DNA of 32,000 bases, from positions 240,001 to 272,000 of the forward strand of contig NC_004459.3 in assembly GCF_000039765.1 (NCBI RefSeq), in the 5' to 3' direction. Of the stretch, positions 22,143-32,000 are shown piece by piece (position 1 is the stretch's first letter; each line of letters begins with the position of its first letter). This DNA is from Vibrio vulnificus CMCP6 (lineage in GTDB: Bacteria; Pseudomonadota; Gammaproteobacteria; Enterobacterales; Vibrionaceae). A model generated the notes under the pieces. It saw nothing but the letters and a program-made list of their open reading frames with translations. It was not told the DNA's origin and made no database searches. A program made the translations under genes and the position numbers.

Positions 22143-22201
22143 CGGCAAAAGCGGTAGAGAAAACCCGTTGCGAAAAGCGCAAGCACAGATGGGCAAAAAA
22201 C

Positions 22202-22228
22202 AAAAGGTACGCAATGCGTACCTTTTCT
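22202..22228. terminator. Bidirectional terminator between convergent lnt and the ybeL-like gene
   Basis: Near-perfect inverted repeat AAAAGGTACGCA/TGCGTACCTTTT with A- and T-tracts on both sides. Confidence 0.75.
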
Positions 22229-22255
22229 GTTTCTCACGTGAGCAAAAGAGCGTGA

Positions 22256-22726
22256 TTACGGTTTCAACGCTTGGCGGCTAAAGCCCTTGTGACCACATTT
22301 GATGCAAGGAATGATCACGGTTGGATGATTGTAGGAGGTTTTATGGCCACATTCATCACACACCAACACACCAAGCCCTATTACCTCTCCCGCTTCGTAA
22401 AGGCCTTGATGTTCAAGATCTTCAAACAGTTCAACCCATTCCACTTTGGTTCTGTCAGTAATTTCGAGCAAACCTTGCCAAATAGAATCGGCAATGGTGA
22501 GGTAAAAAGGTCCACTTTTGCTCTCTTCATAGTTGTCGGCAAACTCTTTTAAGTCCGCTTTTACGTACGCAGAGATCAACGCCAACTCATCTTTGGTCAT
22601 ATCATTCGCCGCTGATATCACCTTGCCAGACGTTTCTAGGACGTTGTTCACTTCATCTGGGCTATGTTTGAGTGTCTCGATGACATCTTCCAACATTTCT
22701 TCATAACCGGATTTACGTTTCGGCAT
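22256..22726 (-). CDS. Zinc-ribbon-containing protein (YbeL-like, DUF1451)
   Basis: Pairs CDECGHKTSY and CIKCGHKGFSRQ; located next to leuS as in E. coli ybeL. Confidence 0.85.
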   Translation of the reverse strand: MPKRKSGYEEMLEDVIETLKHSPDEVNNVLETSGKVISAANDMTKDELALISAYVKADLKEFADNYEESKSGPFYLTIADSIWQGLLEITDRTKVEWVELFEDLEHQGLYEAGEVIGLGVLVCDECGHKTSYNHPTVIIPCIKCGHKGFSRQALKP

Positions 22727-22848
22727 GGCAGTCCTCCATCTGTAAAGATTGGCTATTGTTGTGCACGGTACCTTTAGGTATTCTATGACGATCTATTTCA
22801 ATCTGTTCTAACCGAACTCACAAATTCCAAGATAACCGGATACCATCG

Positions 22849-25422
22849 ATGCAAGAACAATATAATCCACAAGATATTGAACAGAAAGTTCAACAGCACT
22901 GGGACAACAACAAAACATTTGTTGTGACTGAAGATCCAACCAAAGAGAAGTTCTACTGCCTCTCTATGTTCCCATACCCAAGTGGTCGACTGCACATGGG
23001 TCACGTGCGTAACTACACCATCGGTGACGTAGTATCTCGTTTCCAACGCCTACAAGGCAAAAACGTCATGCAGCCAATCGGCTGGGACGCATTCGGTCTA
23101 CCTGCAGAAAACGCAGCGGTGAAAAACAACACCGCGCCTGCGCCTTGGACTTACGAAAACATCGAATACATGAAGAACCAACTTAAGCTTCTTGGCTTTG
23201 GTTACGACTGGAACCGCGAATTCGCAACATGTACGCCTGAGTACTACCGTTGGGAACAAGAGTTCTTCACTAAGCTTTACGAGAAAGGCCTGGTTTACAA
23301 GAAGACGTCTTCTGTTAACTGGTGTCCAAACGACCAAACTGTTCTTGCGAACGAGCAGGTTGAAGACGGCTGCTGCTGGCGTTGTGATACGCCTGTAGAG
23401 CAAAAAGAAATTCCTCAGTGGTTTATCAAGATCACCGAGTACGCTCAAGAACTGCTTGATGATCTAGACAAACTTGAAGGCTGGCCAGAAATGGTGAAAA
23501 CCATGCAACGCAACTGGATTGGTCGTTCTGAAGGTGTGGAGCTCAAGTTTGAAGTGAAAGGTCAACAAGACCTAGAAGTGTACACCACTCGTCCAGACAC
23601 ACTAATGGGTGTAACTTATGTCGGTATCGCAGCAGGTCACCCTCTAGCGAAAATTGCCGCTGAGAATAACCCAGAGCTTGCTGCGTTCATCGAAGAATGT
23701 AAGAACACCAAAGTTGCTGAAGCTGAGCTTGCGACCATGGAGAAGAAAGGTATGGCGACGGGCCTTACTGCTATTCATCCATTAAACGGCCGTGAAGTGC
23801 CAGTGTACGTCGCTAACTTCGTATTGATGGACTACGGTACAGGCGCTGTTATGGCAGTACCGGCACACGACCAACGTGACTTCGAGTTCGCCACTAAGTA
23901 CGGTCTAGACATCATTCCGGTAATCAAGCCAATTGATGGCAGCGAGCTAGACATCTCAGAAGCGGCCTACACAGAGAAAGGCGTGCTGTTCGATTCAGGT
24001 GAGTTCGATGGCCTAGAATTCCAAGCAGCGTTCGATGCCATCGCAGCGAAGCTAGAAGCAGAAGGCAAAGGCACTAAGACGGTTAACTTCCGTCTACGTG
24101 ACTGGGGTGTATCTCGTCAACGTTACTGGGGTGCACCAATCCCAATGGTCACCACTGAAGATGGCCAAGTTCACCCAGTACCCGCAGACCAACTACCCGT
24201 GATTCTTCCTGAAGACGTAGTAATGGACGGCGTAACGAGCCCAATCAAAGCCGACAAAGAGTGGGCGAAGACAACCTTCAACGGTGAGCCAGCTCTGCGT
24301 GAGACAGATACGTTCGATACCTTTATGGAATCTTCTTGGTACTACGCACGTTACTGTTCACCACAAGCTGACGACATCCTAGATCCAGAAAAAGCCAACT
24401 ACTGGCTGCCTGTAGACCAATACATCGGCGGTATCGAGCACGCGTGTATGCACCTACTGTACTCTCGCTTCTTCCACAAACTACTACGTGATGCTGGCTA
24501 CGTAACGTCTGACGAACCGTTCAAGCAACTACTGTGTCAAGGCATGGTACTGGCAGATGCCTTCTACTACACCAACGATAAAGGTGGCAAAGAGTGGGTA
24601 TCACCAACGGAAGTGAAAGTTGAACGCGATGGCAAAGGTCGCATCACTTCAGCTGTCGACAATGAAGGTCGTAACGTAGAACACTCAGGCATGATCAAAA
24701 TGTCTAAGTCGAAAAACAACGGTATCGACCCACAAGAGATGGTCGACAAATACGGCGCAGACACAGTACGTCTATTCATGATGTTTGCTTCTCCAGCAGA
24801 CATGACACTTGAGTGGCAAGAGTCTGGCGTAGAAGGGGCTAACCGCTTCCTGAAACGTGTCTGGAAACTCGTAAACGAGCACACATCAAAAGGTGCAGCA
24901 GAAGCAGTCGATGCAGCAGCACTGTCTGGTGATCAAAAAGCACTGCGTCGTGACGTTCACAAAACCATCGCCAAAGTAACCGATGACGTTGCGCGTCGTC
25001 AGACGTTCAACACTGCAATCGCTGCTGTCATGGAGTTGATGAACAAGCTGGCGAAAGCGCCACAAGAATCTGCACAAGATCGTGCGATCCTTGACGAAGC
25101 GCTAAAAGCGGTCGTTGCGATGCTGTACCCAATCACTCCGCATATCTGTTTCGAAATGTGGACGGCACTTGGCCAGCAAGACATCGACAACGCATCTTGG
25201 CCAACTTACGATGAGCAAGCTCTGGTTGAAGACGAAAAACTGATTGTTGTTCAAGTAAACGGCAAAGTCCGCGGTAAAATCACCGTTGCTGCAGACGCAA
25301 CCAAAGAGCAAGTTGAAGAAATTGGTCTTAACGAAGAAAACGTCTCTAAACACCTAGACGGCGTGACTATCCGTAAAGTGATTTACGTACCAGGCAAACT
25401 ATTGAGCATTGTGGCGAACTGA
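22849..25422 (+). CDS. leuS: Leucyl-tRNA synthetase
   Basis: [22 protein letters not shown] (HIGH-like), MSKSKNN (KMSKS), 857 aa. Confidence 0.98.
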   Translation: MQEQYNPQDIEQKVQQHWDNNKTFVVTEDPTKEKFYCLSMFPYPSGRLHMGHVRNYTIGDVVSRFQRLQGKNVMQPIGWDAFGLPAENAAVKNNTAPAPWTYENIEYMKNQLKLLGFGYDWNREFATCTPEYYRWEQEFFTKLYEKGLVYKKTSSVNWCPNDQTVLANEQVEDGCCWRCDTPVEQKEIPQWFIKITEYAQELLDDLDKLEGWPEMVKTMQRNWIGRSEGVELKFEVKGQQDLEVYTTRPDTLMGVTYVGIAAGHPLAKIAAENNPELAAFIEECKNTKVAEAELATMEKKGMATGLTAIHPLNGREVPVYVANFVLMDYGTGAVMAVPAHDQRDFEFATKYGLDIIPVIKPIDGSELDISEAAYTEKGVLFDSGEFDGLEFQAAFDAIAAKLEAEGKGTKTVNFRLRDWGVSRQRYWGAPIPMVTTEDGQVHPVPADQLPVILPEDVVMDGVTSPIKADKEWAKTTFNGEPALRETDTFDTFMESSWYYARYCSPQADDILDPEKANYWLPVDQYIGGIEHACMHLLYSRFFHKLLRDAGYVTSDEPFKQLLCQGMVLADAFYYTNDKGGKEWVSPTEVKVERDGKGRITSAVDNEGRNVEHSGMIKMSKSKNNGIDPQEMVDKYGADTVRLFMMFASPADMTLEWQESGVEGANRFLKRVWKLVNEHTSKGAAEAVDAAALSGDQKALRRDVHKTIAKVTDDVARRQTFNTAIAAVMELMNKLAKAPQESAQDRAILDEALKAVVAMLYPITPHICFEMWTALGQQDIDNASWPTYDEQALVEDEKLIVVQVNGKVRGKITVAADATKEQVEEIGLNEENVSKHLDGVTIRKVIYVPGKLLSIVAN

Positions 25423-25489
25423 TCACGATATCAAGAGTGAAAAACCACCAGGTGAGGCGAACCAACGCGCTTCATCTTGGTCAAAGTTT

Positions 25490-25508
25490 GGGGTAGCTCG
25501 ACTACCCC
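25490..25508. repeat. Inverted repeat / hairpin in the leuS-lptE intergenic region
   Basis: GGGGTAG-ctcga-CTACCCC, perfect 7 bp. Confidence 0.8.
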
Positions 25509-25509
25509 T

Positions 25510-25550
25510 ACTTATCTAAAATCATTAGCACAGAGTGATTTTAGATAAGT
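25510..25550. repeat. Perfect 15-bp inverted repeat / hairpin in the leuS-lptE intergenic region
   Basis: ACTTATCTAAAATCA (25510-25524), 11-nt loop, TGATTTTAGATAAGT (25536-25550). Confidence 0.9.
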
Positions 25551-25607
25551 CTAACCGTCGTGCTGCTAGCGGTAGCCCGTTTTCTGAACATCAAGAAGAG
25601 CATCTCA

Positions 25608-26138
25608 ATGCGTTTTACGTCCGTGTTTAAACTCTCATCCATTTTGGTTCTATCAGCCATGTTGTCTGCATGTGGTTTTCATTTACGTGGTGAGTACTCC
25701 GTTCCTGAAGAACTAAGCACACTCTCGTTTACCAGCTACGATGATTACAGCCCGCTCACTCGTTCAGTGAAAGCGCAATTGATTCTGAACAAAGTCAATC
25801 TCGTCGCTCCAGCTGAAACAGTTCCAAATCTATATTTGATTGGCGAGAACATCTCTGAGCGCACTTTATCGCTTTACCAAAACAGCCGTGCCGCAGAAAA
25901 AGAGCTGACTTACGTCGTGAGCTACCGAGTTACCGTACCTGATCTTGGCAGTCAAAGCTTCCAAACCACCGTCAATCGCAACTACCTAGATAACCCGCTG
26001 ACTGCGTTGGCAAAATCGGTGGAACGTGAAGTGATCGAGGATGAAATGCGCAACCAAGCGGCCAGTCAAATGATGCGTCAACTAGGTCGCCTTCGTGCGG
26101 AATACGAGGAACAAACCGTCAACTCAAGTAATCAGTAA
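25608..26138 (+). CDS. lptE: LPS-assembly lipoprotein LptE (RlpB)
   Basis: MRFTSVFKLSSILVLSAMLSACGFHLRGEYSVPEEL... (lipobox SAC); between leuS and holA. Start refined from 25560. Confidence 0.92.
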   Translation: MRFTSVFKLSSILVLSAMLSACGFHLRGEYSVPEELSTLSFTSYDDYSPLTRSVKAQLILNKVNLVAPAETVPNLYLIGENISERTLSLYQNSRAAEKELTYVVSYRVTVPDLGSQSFQTTVNRNYLDNPLTALAKSVEREVIEDEMRNQAASQMMRQLGRLRAEYEEQTVNSSNQ

Positions 26139-26140
26139 TT

Positions 26141-27166
26141 ATGCGAATTTTTGCCGATAACCTTGCTCAGCAACTGACGAAAGAACTCAAACCTGTCTAT
26201 TTGATTTTCGGGAATGAACCGCTACTGATCCAAGAAAGCCGCTCTGCTATTCAAAAAGCAGCGTTTCAACAAGGTTTCGAAGAGCGTCATCGCTTTGCCG
26301 TAGATGCAAGCTTAGATTGGAATCAAGTCTATGACTGCTGCCAAGCTTTGAGTCTTTTTTCCAGCCGCCAACTGATTGAACTTGAACTGCCAGAAAGCGG
26401 TGTCAACGTATCAATCGCCAACGAGTTGCTTTCTGTCGCTCAGATACTGCATGCCGATATTATGTTAGTCATCATTGGCAGCAAACTCACCAAAGCGCAA
26501 GAAAACGCAAAATGGTTCAAAACATTGAGCCAGCAAGGCCACTGGATCAGTTGTCTAACACCCGATAATCAACGCCTGCCACAGTTTGTATTAAATCGCT
26601 GCCGTCTACTGAATTTAAAACCAGACCAACAAGCGGTACAAATGCTCGCGCAATGGCATGAAGGAAATCTTTTTGCCCTTTCTCAAAGCCTGGAGAAATT
26701 GGCACTGCTCTATCCAGACGGCGAACTCAACTTGATTCGTTTGGAGGAATCCCTCAGTCGACATAATCACTTTACTGTTTTTCACTGGATTGACGCACTA
26801 TTAGAAGGGAAAGCCAACCGCTGCCAAAAAATCTTGCGCCAACTTGAAGCAGAAGACATTGAAGCGATTATTTTGTTGCGCTCATTGCAAAAAGAGCTGC
26901 TATTGCTTTTACAAATGCAGCAACAACTGCAGCAAAGCTCTATGATGCAAGTGTTCGAAAAGCACCGAATTTGGCAAAACAAGAAACCGCTCTATACTGC
27001 GGCTTTAACTCGACTCAAGAGCACTAAGCTAAGACAACTGCTCACATTGCTTGCAAAGGCAGAGATTCTGGCCAAAACGCAGTATGAGCAACCAGTATGG
27101 CCAATTCTTCAGCAATTAAGCGTCGAGATGTCTCTCCCTGACGTAGAGTTAGCTTTTAAAAGTTAA
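26141..27166 (+). CDS. holA: DNA polymerase III subunit delta
   Basis: [41 protein letters not shown]... Confidence 0.94.
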   Translation: MRIFADNLAQQLTKELKPVYLIFGNEPLLIQESRSAIQKAAFQQGFEERHRFAVDASLDWNQVYDCCQALSLFSSRQLIELELPESGVNVSIANELLSVAQILHADIMLVIIGSKLTKAQENAKWFKTLSQQGHWISCLTPDNQRLPQFVLNRCRLLNLKPDQQAVQMLAQWHEGNLFALSQSLEKLALLYPDGELNLIRLEESLSRHNHFTVFHWIDALLEGKANRCQKILRQLEAEDIEAIILLRSLQKELLLLLQMQQQLQQSSMMQVFEKHRIWQNKKPLYTAALTRLKSTKLRQLLTLLAKAEILAKTQYEQPVWPILQQLSVEMSLPDVELAFKS

Positions 27167-27222
27167 AAGCGTGCTATATTGCGCGCGCATGTAAAACAGA
27201 GAACAACACCGAGGAAATATTC

Positions 27223-27540
27223 GTGCTTCGCGAAGAACTAAAAGACTTTTTGGCTGATAAAGCCGACGATATGAAAGCAGAAAACATCGTAATTCTGAAC
27301 GTGGAAGACAAATCCAGCGTGACAGATTATATGGTCATCTGCACTGGCACATCGAAACGTCATGTTGCTTCGATTGCTGATCACGTCGCTGATGAAGTAA
27401 AAAAAGTAGGCCTTCAGCCATTATGCATGGAAGGTGAAAACGAAGGCGAATGGGTCGTACTGGATATGGGTGATGCGATGCTACACGTAATGCAAGAAGA
27501 ACACCGCCAGCTATACCAACTCGAAAAACTTTGGGGTTAA
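27223..27540 (+). CDS. rsfS: Ribosomal silencing factor RsfS
   Basis: GTG start; [25 protein letters not shown]...VHVMQEE-like C-terminus ([18 protein letters not shown]). Confidence 0.94.
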   Translation: MLREELKDFLADKADDMKAENIVILNVEDKSSVTDYMVICTGTSKRHVASIADHVADEVKKVGLQPLCMEGENEGEWVVLDMGDAMLHVMQEEHRQLYQLEKLWG

Positions 27541-27544
27541 TGGT

Positions 27545-28015
27545 TTGAAAATTCAGTTGATCGCCGTTGGCACAAAAATGCCAAAGTGGGTTGAAGAAGG
27601 TTTTCAAGAATATCGCCGTCGTTTCCCGCACGATATGCCACTAGAGCTCATCGAAATCACGGCGGGTAAACGAGGCAAAAACGCAGATATCGCACGCATT
27701 TTGCAAAAAGAAGGCGAAGCGATGTTAGCCGCCATTCCCAAAGGCAATCGCATTGTCACTCTCGATATCCCAGGAAAGAAATGGGATACACCAGAGTTGG
27801 CGCAACAGCTTGAAGCGTGGAAACTGGATGGTCGAGATGTCTCGATCTTGATTGGTGGCCCAGAAGGATTAGCACCCGCATGCAAAGCCGCTGCGGAACA
27901 AAGTTGGTCTCTTTCAGCGCTAACCTTACCTCACCCGTTAGTGCGCATTGTGATGGCCGAGAGTTTATATCGTGCGTGGAGTATCACCACGAATCACCCT
28001 TATCATCGAGAATAA
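27545..28015 (+). CDS. rlmH: 23S rRNA (pseudouridine1915-N3)-methyltransferase
   Basis: TTG start; [28 protein letters not shown]...[14 protein letters not shown]. Confidence 0.96.
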   Translation: MKIQLIAVGTKMPKWVEEGFQEYRRRFPHDMPLELIEITAGKRGKNADIARILQKEGEAMLAAIPKGNRIVTLDIPGKKWDTPELAQQLEAWKLDGRDVSILIGGPEGLAPACKAAAEQSWSLSALTLPHPLVRIVMAESLYRAWSITTNHPYHRE

Positions 28016-28045
28016 GTTCAGCCCAATGAGTGAGACGCTGCGTTA

Positions 28046-29938
28046 ATGATGAGAAAACGCCGAACCACGATACGAGATTACCAAGCCGAAGCACGGTTGT
28101 TTGCCAATCGTGCTCTGGTGTCTTTTTTCGGTATCGTCGCCTTAATGGGCGTTCTGGTGACCAACCTATACAACATTCAGGTCAACCAGTATCAAGATTA
28201 CAAAACCCGCTCGAATGACAACCGCATTAAAGTGGTGCCCATCGCACCAAATCGTGGCTTGATTTATGATCGCAACGGCGTGTTATTAGCGGAAAATAGA
28301 CCGGTTTTTGACTTGGAAATCACACCGGAAAAAGTCAAAAACATGGACGCCACGATTGCTCAGTTGCAAACCCTGTTTGAAATCACGCCAGAACAAATCG
28401 AACGTTTCCATCGCGAGCGAAAACGCACGCGCCGCTTCAAATCGGTCCCGATTCTCAGTCAACTTACAGAAAAACAAGTCGCAGTATTCTCTGTGAACCA
28501 ATACCGTTTTCCTGGCGTTGAAGTGTCTGGCACATTGAAGCGCTACTACCCTTATGGCGAAATTCTCACTCATGTGATTGGCTACGTATCACGCATCAAC
28601 GATCGAGACATGCAACGGCTGAGTGATGAAGGTAAAGAAGCCAACTATCAAGCAACACGCGACATCGGCAAGCTTGGCATTGAGAAGTTTTACGAAGACA
28701 TGCTCCACGGAACGGCAGGCTACCAAGAAGTCGAGGTCAACAGCCGTGGGCGGGTCATCCGCACCCTCAAATTTGTTCCGCCAGTGCCTGGCAAAGATAT
28801 TGTGTTGAACATTGATATCAAACTGCAAACCTATGTTCATCAGTTGCTCGACGGTAGACGAGGCAGTGCGATCGTACTGGATCCGAAAGACAATGGCATT
28901 TTGGCCATGGTATCGAGCCCAAGTTATGACCCCAATGCGTTCGTCCACGGTATTTCAGGCAAAGGTTACAGCGATCTTCTTAACGACAAAAACCGCCCGT
29001 TGGTAAACCGTTCGACGCTGGGGATTTACCCCCCCGCTTCGACCGTCAAACCCTTTATCGCCGTCTCTGCATTGCAAGAAGGTGTGGTAACACCAAACAC
29101 AACCAGAAACGATCCTGGTTATTGGCGCATCCCCAACTCCGATACACGTCCCTTCCGTGACTGGCTGCGTTGGGGACATGGTCGAGTGAACTTGGTGCAA
29201 TCCATTGAAGAATCGGTCGATACCTTCTTCTACCAAATCGCTTACGACTTGGGCATTGATCGTCTTTCCAATTGGATGAGCATGTTTGGTTTTGGTGACT
29301 ACACCGGCATCGATATCTTTGAAGAAAGCAAAGCCAACATGCCAACACGCGATTGGAAAATGTCTCGTCATAAAACACCTTGGTACAAAGGCGACACCAT
29401 TCCTGTTGGTATTGGCCAAGGTTACTGGACAGCAACACCAATGCAACTTGCGAAAGCCACTTCTGTATTAGTTAACGAAGGAAACGTGACCGCACCGCAT
29501 TTATTGCGTGCGACGATTGAAAACGGTGAAGCGTTTGACAACCGAGTGTTGTCGGATTACGTCACTTACCCCCCCATTCAAAACGTACCAGACAAATACT
29601 GGAACCTCGCCAAAGAAGGGATGCGCTTGGTTAACCATGGCAAGAAAGGCACCGCGCGACGCTCATTTACCGGTATGTCTTACATGACCGCAGGTAAATC
29701 AGGCACAGCGCAGGTTTTTGGCTTGGCAGAAGACCAAGAATACAACGCCGATGAGCTGGCCGAGCACTTACGCGACCACGCTCTCTTTACTGGCTTTGCG
29801 CCATTTGACGATCCCAAAATCATCGTCACTATAGTGTTAGAAAACGCCGGCGGCGGCTCCTCCAATGGTGCTCCTGTCGCAAGACGTATTTTTGATAAAG
29901 TGTTACTCGATAAAGACAGTGACGAGGTCAAACACTGA
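28046..29938 (+). CDS. mrdA: Penicillin-binding protein 2 (peptidoglycan transpeptidase)
   Basis: [26 protein letters not shown]..., PASTVKPF (SxxK), and KSGTAQVFG (KSG). Adjacent ATGs at 28046 and 28049. Confidence 0.96.
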   Translation: MMRKRRTTIRDYQAEARLFANRALVSFFGIVALMGVLVTNLYNIQVNQYQDYKTRSNDNRIKVVPIAPNRGLIYDRNGVLLAENRPVFDLEITPEKVKNMDATIAQLQTLFEITPEQIERFHRERKRTRRFKSVPILSQLTEKQVAVFSVNQYRFPGVEVSGTLKRYYPYGEILTHVIGYVSRINDRDMQRLSDEGKEANYQATRDIGKLGIEKFYEDMLHGTAGYQEVEVNSRGRVIRTLKFVPPVPGKDIVLNIDIKLQTYVHQLLDGRRGSAIVLDPKDNGILAMVSSPSYDPNAFVHGISGKGYSDLLNDKNRPLVNRSTLGIYPPASTVKPFIAVSALQEGVVTPNTTRNDPGYWRIPNSDTRPFRDWLRWGHGRVNLVQSIEESVDTFFYQIAYDLGIDRLSNWMSMFGFGDYTGIDIFEESKANMPTRDWKMSRHKTPWYKGDTIPVGIGQGYWTATPMQLAKATSVLVNEGNVTAPHLLRATIENGEAFDNRVLSDYVTYPPIQNVPDKYWNLAKEGMRLVNHGKKGTARRSFTGMSYMTAGKSGTAQVFGLAEDQEYNADELAEHLRDHALFTGFAPFDDPKIIVTIVLENAGGGSSNGAPVARRIFDKVLLDKDSDEVKH

Positions 29939-31059
29939 TGAAACTCGATCCAGCAACCGGAAAGAATCGCGCTCTGTTTGAGCGATTTCATATCGACCTG
30001 CCACTTCTTCTAGGCATTTTGGCCCTGATGGGGTTTGGCTTAGTTGTGATGTACAGTGCCAGCGGGCAAAGTTTGGCGATGATGGATCGCCAAGCGATGC
30101 GCATGGCACTCTCTATCGTGGTGATGCTCGTGTTAGCGCAAATTTCACCACGCACCTACGAATCGTTAGCCCCTTTAATGTTTGTTGGCGGCGTAATCCT
30201 TCTTCTTGGCGTACTCTTTTTCGGTGAAGCGTCAAAAGGAGCTCAACGCTGGTTGAATCTTGGTTTCGTCCGCTTTCAGCCCTCAGAGCTGCTTAAACTG
30301 GCGGTACCATTAATGGTAGCGCGCTTCATTGGTAAACGGCCGCTGCCTCCCACCTTCCAAACCTTGTGTATCGCATTGGTGATGGTGTTCATTCCGACCA
30401 TTTTGATCGCCAAACAACCTGACCTCGGCACTTCGATTCTGATTGCGGCCTCGGGTATTTTCGTTATCTTCTTAGCGGGGATCAGCTGGCGCATTATTGG
30501 TGCGGCAGCGGTGGCGTTAGCCGCATTTATCCCAATTTTGTGGTTCTTCTTGATGCGCGAGTATCAGAAAGTGCGTGTCAGGACCCTTTTTAATCCTGAG
30601 TCAGATCCTCTTGGTGCGGGCTATCATATTATTCAGAGTAAAATCGCCATCGGTTCTGGCGGCATATCTGGTAAGGGCTGGCTGCAAGGGACACAGTCTC
30701 AACTCGAATTTCTTCCTGAGCGACATACCGACTTCATCTTTGCGGTGATTGCCGAAGAATGGGGCATGATTGGCTTCTTACTGCTGCTGTCGCTGTACCT
30801 ATTCATCATCGGTCGTGGGCTTTACTTAGCGTCTCAAGCACAAACGGCGTTTGGCCGTATGATGGCAGGCAGTGTTGTGTTGAGCTTTTTCGTTTACATC
30901 TTTGTTAACATCGGCATGGTCAGCGGTATCTTGCCCGTTGTGGGGGTACCACTGCCACTCATCAGTTATGGCGGTACTTCCATGGTGACCTTGATGGCGG
31001 GCTTCGGTATTCTGATGTCTATCCATACTCACCGTAAAGCATTCTCAAAGGCAAATTAA
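29938..31059 (+). CDS. mrdB: Rod-shape-determining protein RodA (SEDS)
   Basis: Multi-TM ORF with [28 protein letters not shown] and [17 protein letters not shown]; 1-nt TGATG-type overlap with mrdA. Confidence 0.96.
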   Translation: MKLDPATGKNRALFERFHIDLPLLLGILALMGFGLVVMYSASGQSLAMMDRQAMRMALSIVVMLVLAQISPRTYESLAPLMFVGGVILLLGVLFFGEASKGAQRWLNLGFVRFQPSELLKLAVPLMVARFIGKRPLPPTFQTLCIALVMVFIPTILIAKQPDLGTSILIAASGIFVIFLAGISWRIIGAAAVALAAFIPILWFFLMREYQKVRVRTLFNPESDPLGAGYHIIQSKIAIGSGGISGKGWLQGTQSQLEFLPERHTDFIFAVIAEEWGMIGFLLLLSLYLFIIGRGLYLASQAQTAFGRMMAGSVVLSFFVYIFVNIGMVSGILPVVGVPLPLISYGGTSMVTLMAGFGILMSIHTHRKAFSKAN

Positions 31060-31853
31060 TGAATAAATCCATTGTTATCTTCAGTTTACTTTGCGGCGCG
31101 TCGCTTTTAGCGGGCTGTAGCTCTAAACCTGAGGGGCGCTATAGCCTAGAGTCAGATGTTGCACCTGACCAACCGATTTCCGTCGAGCATATCGAAGATG
31201 CCCACCCACGTTATGAGCCATACAGCTTAGGTGGAAACAAAGATTACACTTTGCGCGGTCAAGACTACAAAATTGTGCGCGATGTAAAAGGGTTTAAAGA
31301 GTCTGGTATTGCCTCTTGGTACGGTAAAAAATTCCAAGGCCATCTCACCTCAAATGGTGAAATCTACGATATGTACTCGATGACCGCAGCACATAAAACC
31401 TTGCCATTGCCAAGTTACGTGAAGGTGACCAACAAAGACAATGGCAAAAGCACCATTGTGCGGGTGAACGATCGTGGTCCTTTCCACGAAGGACGTATCA
31501 TTGACCTGAGCTACGCCGCCGCTTACAAACTGGATGTACTAAAAACGGGCACCGCCAATGTGGAAATTGAAGTATTGAACTTTGAACCACCAACCGATGC
31601 TAAAGCGCTGGAAAATCATCCCAAATATTTCATTCAAGTATTAAGTTCAAAATCTGCCGAACGAGCGAGAACTTTAGGACAAGATCTTGGTCAAAGCCTG
31701 AATGTAGACTCTTTCTTAGAAAGCACCGACGATACACATCGTCTCATGTTGGGGCCATTTACTGACTTTACGCTGACGCAACAGATCTTGGATCAGGTTA
31801 AGTTGGCGGGTCATGAAAGCGCCTTCATCAGAAAGCGAGCCATAACTCGTTGA
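31059..31853 (+). CDS. rlpA: Septal ring lytic transglycosylase/lipoprotein RlpA
   Basis: Lipobox SLLAGC; GIASWYGKKFQGHLTSNGEIYDMYSMTAAHKTLPLPSYVKVTN double-psi beta-barrel; SPOR-like C-terminus; TAATG overlap with mrdB. Confidence 0.93.
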   Translation: MNKSIVIFSLLCGASLLAGCSSKPEGRYSLESDVAPDQPISVEHIEDAHPRYEPYSLGGNKDYTLRGQDYKIVRDVKGFKESGIASWYGKKFQGHLTSNGEIYDMYSMTAAHKTLPLPSYVKVTNKDNGKSTIVRVNDRGPFHEGRIIDLSYAAAYKLDVLKTGTANVEIEVLNFEPPTDAKALENHPKYFIQVLSSKSAERARTLGQDLGQSLNVDSFLESTDDTHRLMLGPFTDFTLTQQILDQVKLAGHESAFIRKRAITR

Positions 31854-31945
31854 CAACTGACACGACACTTTCTAGTGTTAGACGCTCTGACTTACAGTGC
31901 GAATCTGTTAAGATATGGACAATTAACCAAAAAAATTGAATTACC

Positions 31946-32000
31946 ATGAACAAAACAACAAAAATTGTGAAATCCACTCTCGTTTCTTCCCTTGCACTTT
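31946..32000 (+). CDS. dacA: 5' end of a CDS, probably D-alanyl-D-alanine carboxypeptidase (PBP5/DacA)
   Basis: ATG AAC AAA ACA ACA AAA ATT... gives a signal-peptide-like MNKTTKIVKSTLVSSLAL. The assignment rests mainly on conserved mrdA-mrdB-rlpA-dacA order. Confidence 0.55.
   Translation, partial: MNKTTKIVKSTLVSSLAL

Noticed and set aside
23098-23448. 116-aa minus-strand ORF inside leuS (and similar antisense ORFs across prs, ychF, ispE, prfA, ybeZ and mrdA)
   Set aside because: These lie fully opposite strongly recognisable conserved genes, have no recognisable domains, and are expected from codon bias in the sense frame.
28026-28046. Six-codon mini-ORF ATG AGT GAG ACG CTG CGT TAA overlapping the mrdA start (TAATG)
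   Set aside because: Its own RBS is weak, and the GAGTGAG within it is at the right spacing to be the Shine-Dalgarno of mrdA, so the mini-ORF is probably incidental.

Overview
The window looks like a conserved Vibrionaceae core-genome segment, probably Vibrio (assigned from protein resemblance only). I found no phage, transposon, CRISPR array, toxin-antitoxin or defence locus, and nothing I would call a new multi-gene system. Minus-strand block: ybaK, a 5'-nucleotidase lipoprotein (nutA/ushA type), kdsA, SirB1-like, SirB2-like, prmC, prfA, hemA. Divergent plus-strand block: lolB-ispE-prs, then pth-ychF. A dense array of 15 tRNA genes follows (3 tRNA-Met, 7 tRNA-Leu(UAG), 5 tRNA-Gln(UUG)), behind a strong sigma70-like promoter with a GC-rich discriminator and ending in an intrinsic terminator. 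Next come ubiF (minus), miaB-phoH/ybeZ-ybeY-corC/ybeX-lnt (plus), a ybeL-like zinc-ribbon gene (minus), and leuS-lptE-holA-rsfS-rlmH-mrdA-mrdB(rodA)-rlpA followed by a probable dacA start. The most interesting parts are: (1) the tRNA array, with three related spacer-hairpin families that show compensatory or pairing-preserving changes between copies; (2) one divergent tRNA-Leu copy with a predicted C:C mismatch in the anticodon stem; and (3) a hairpin-rich leuS-lptE intergenic region containing a perfect 15-bp inverted repeat. Start codons were refined by eye where the longest ORF begins upstream of the likely start. All product calls rest on recognising protein sequence and gene order; no database search was run.
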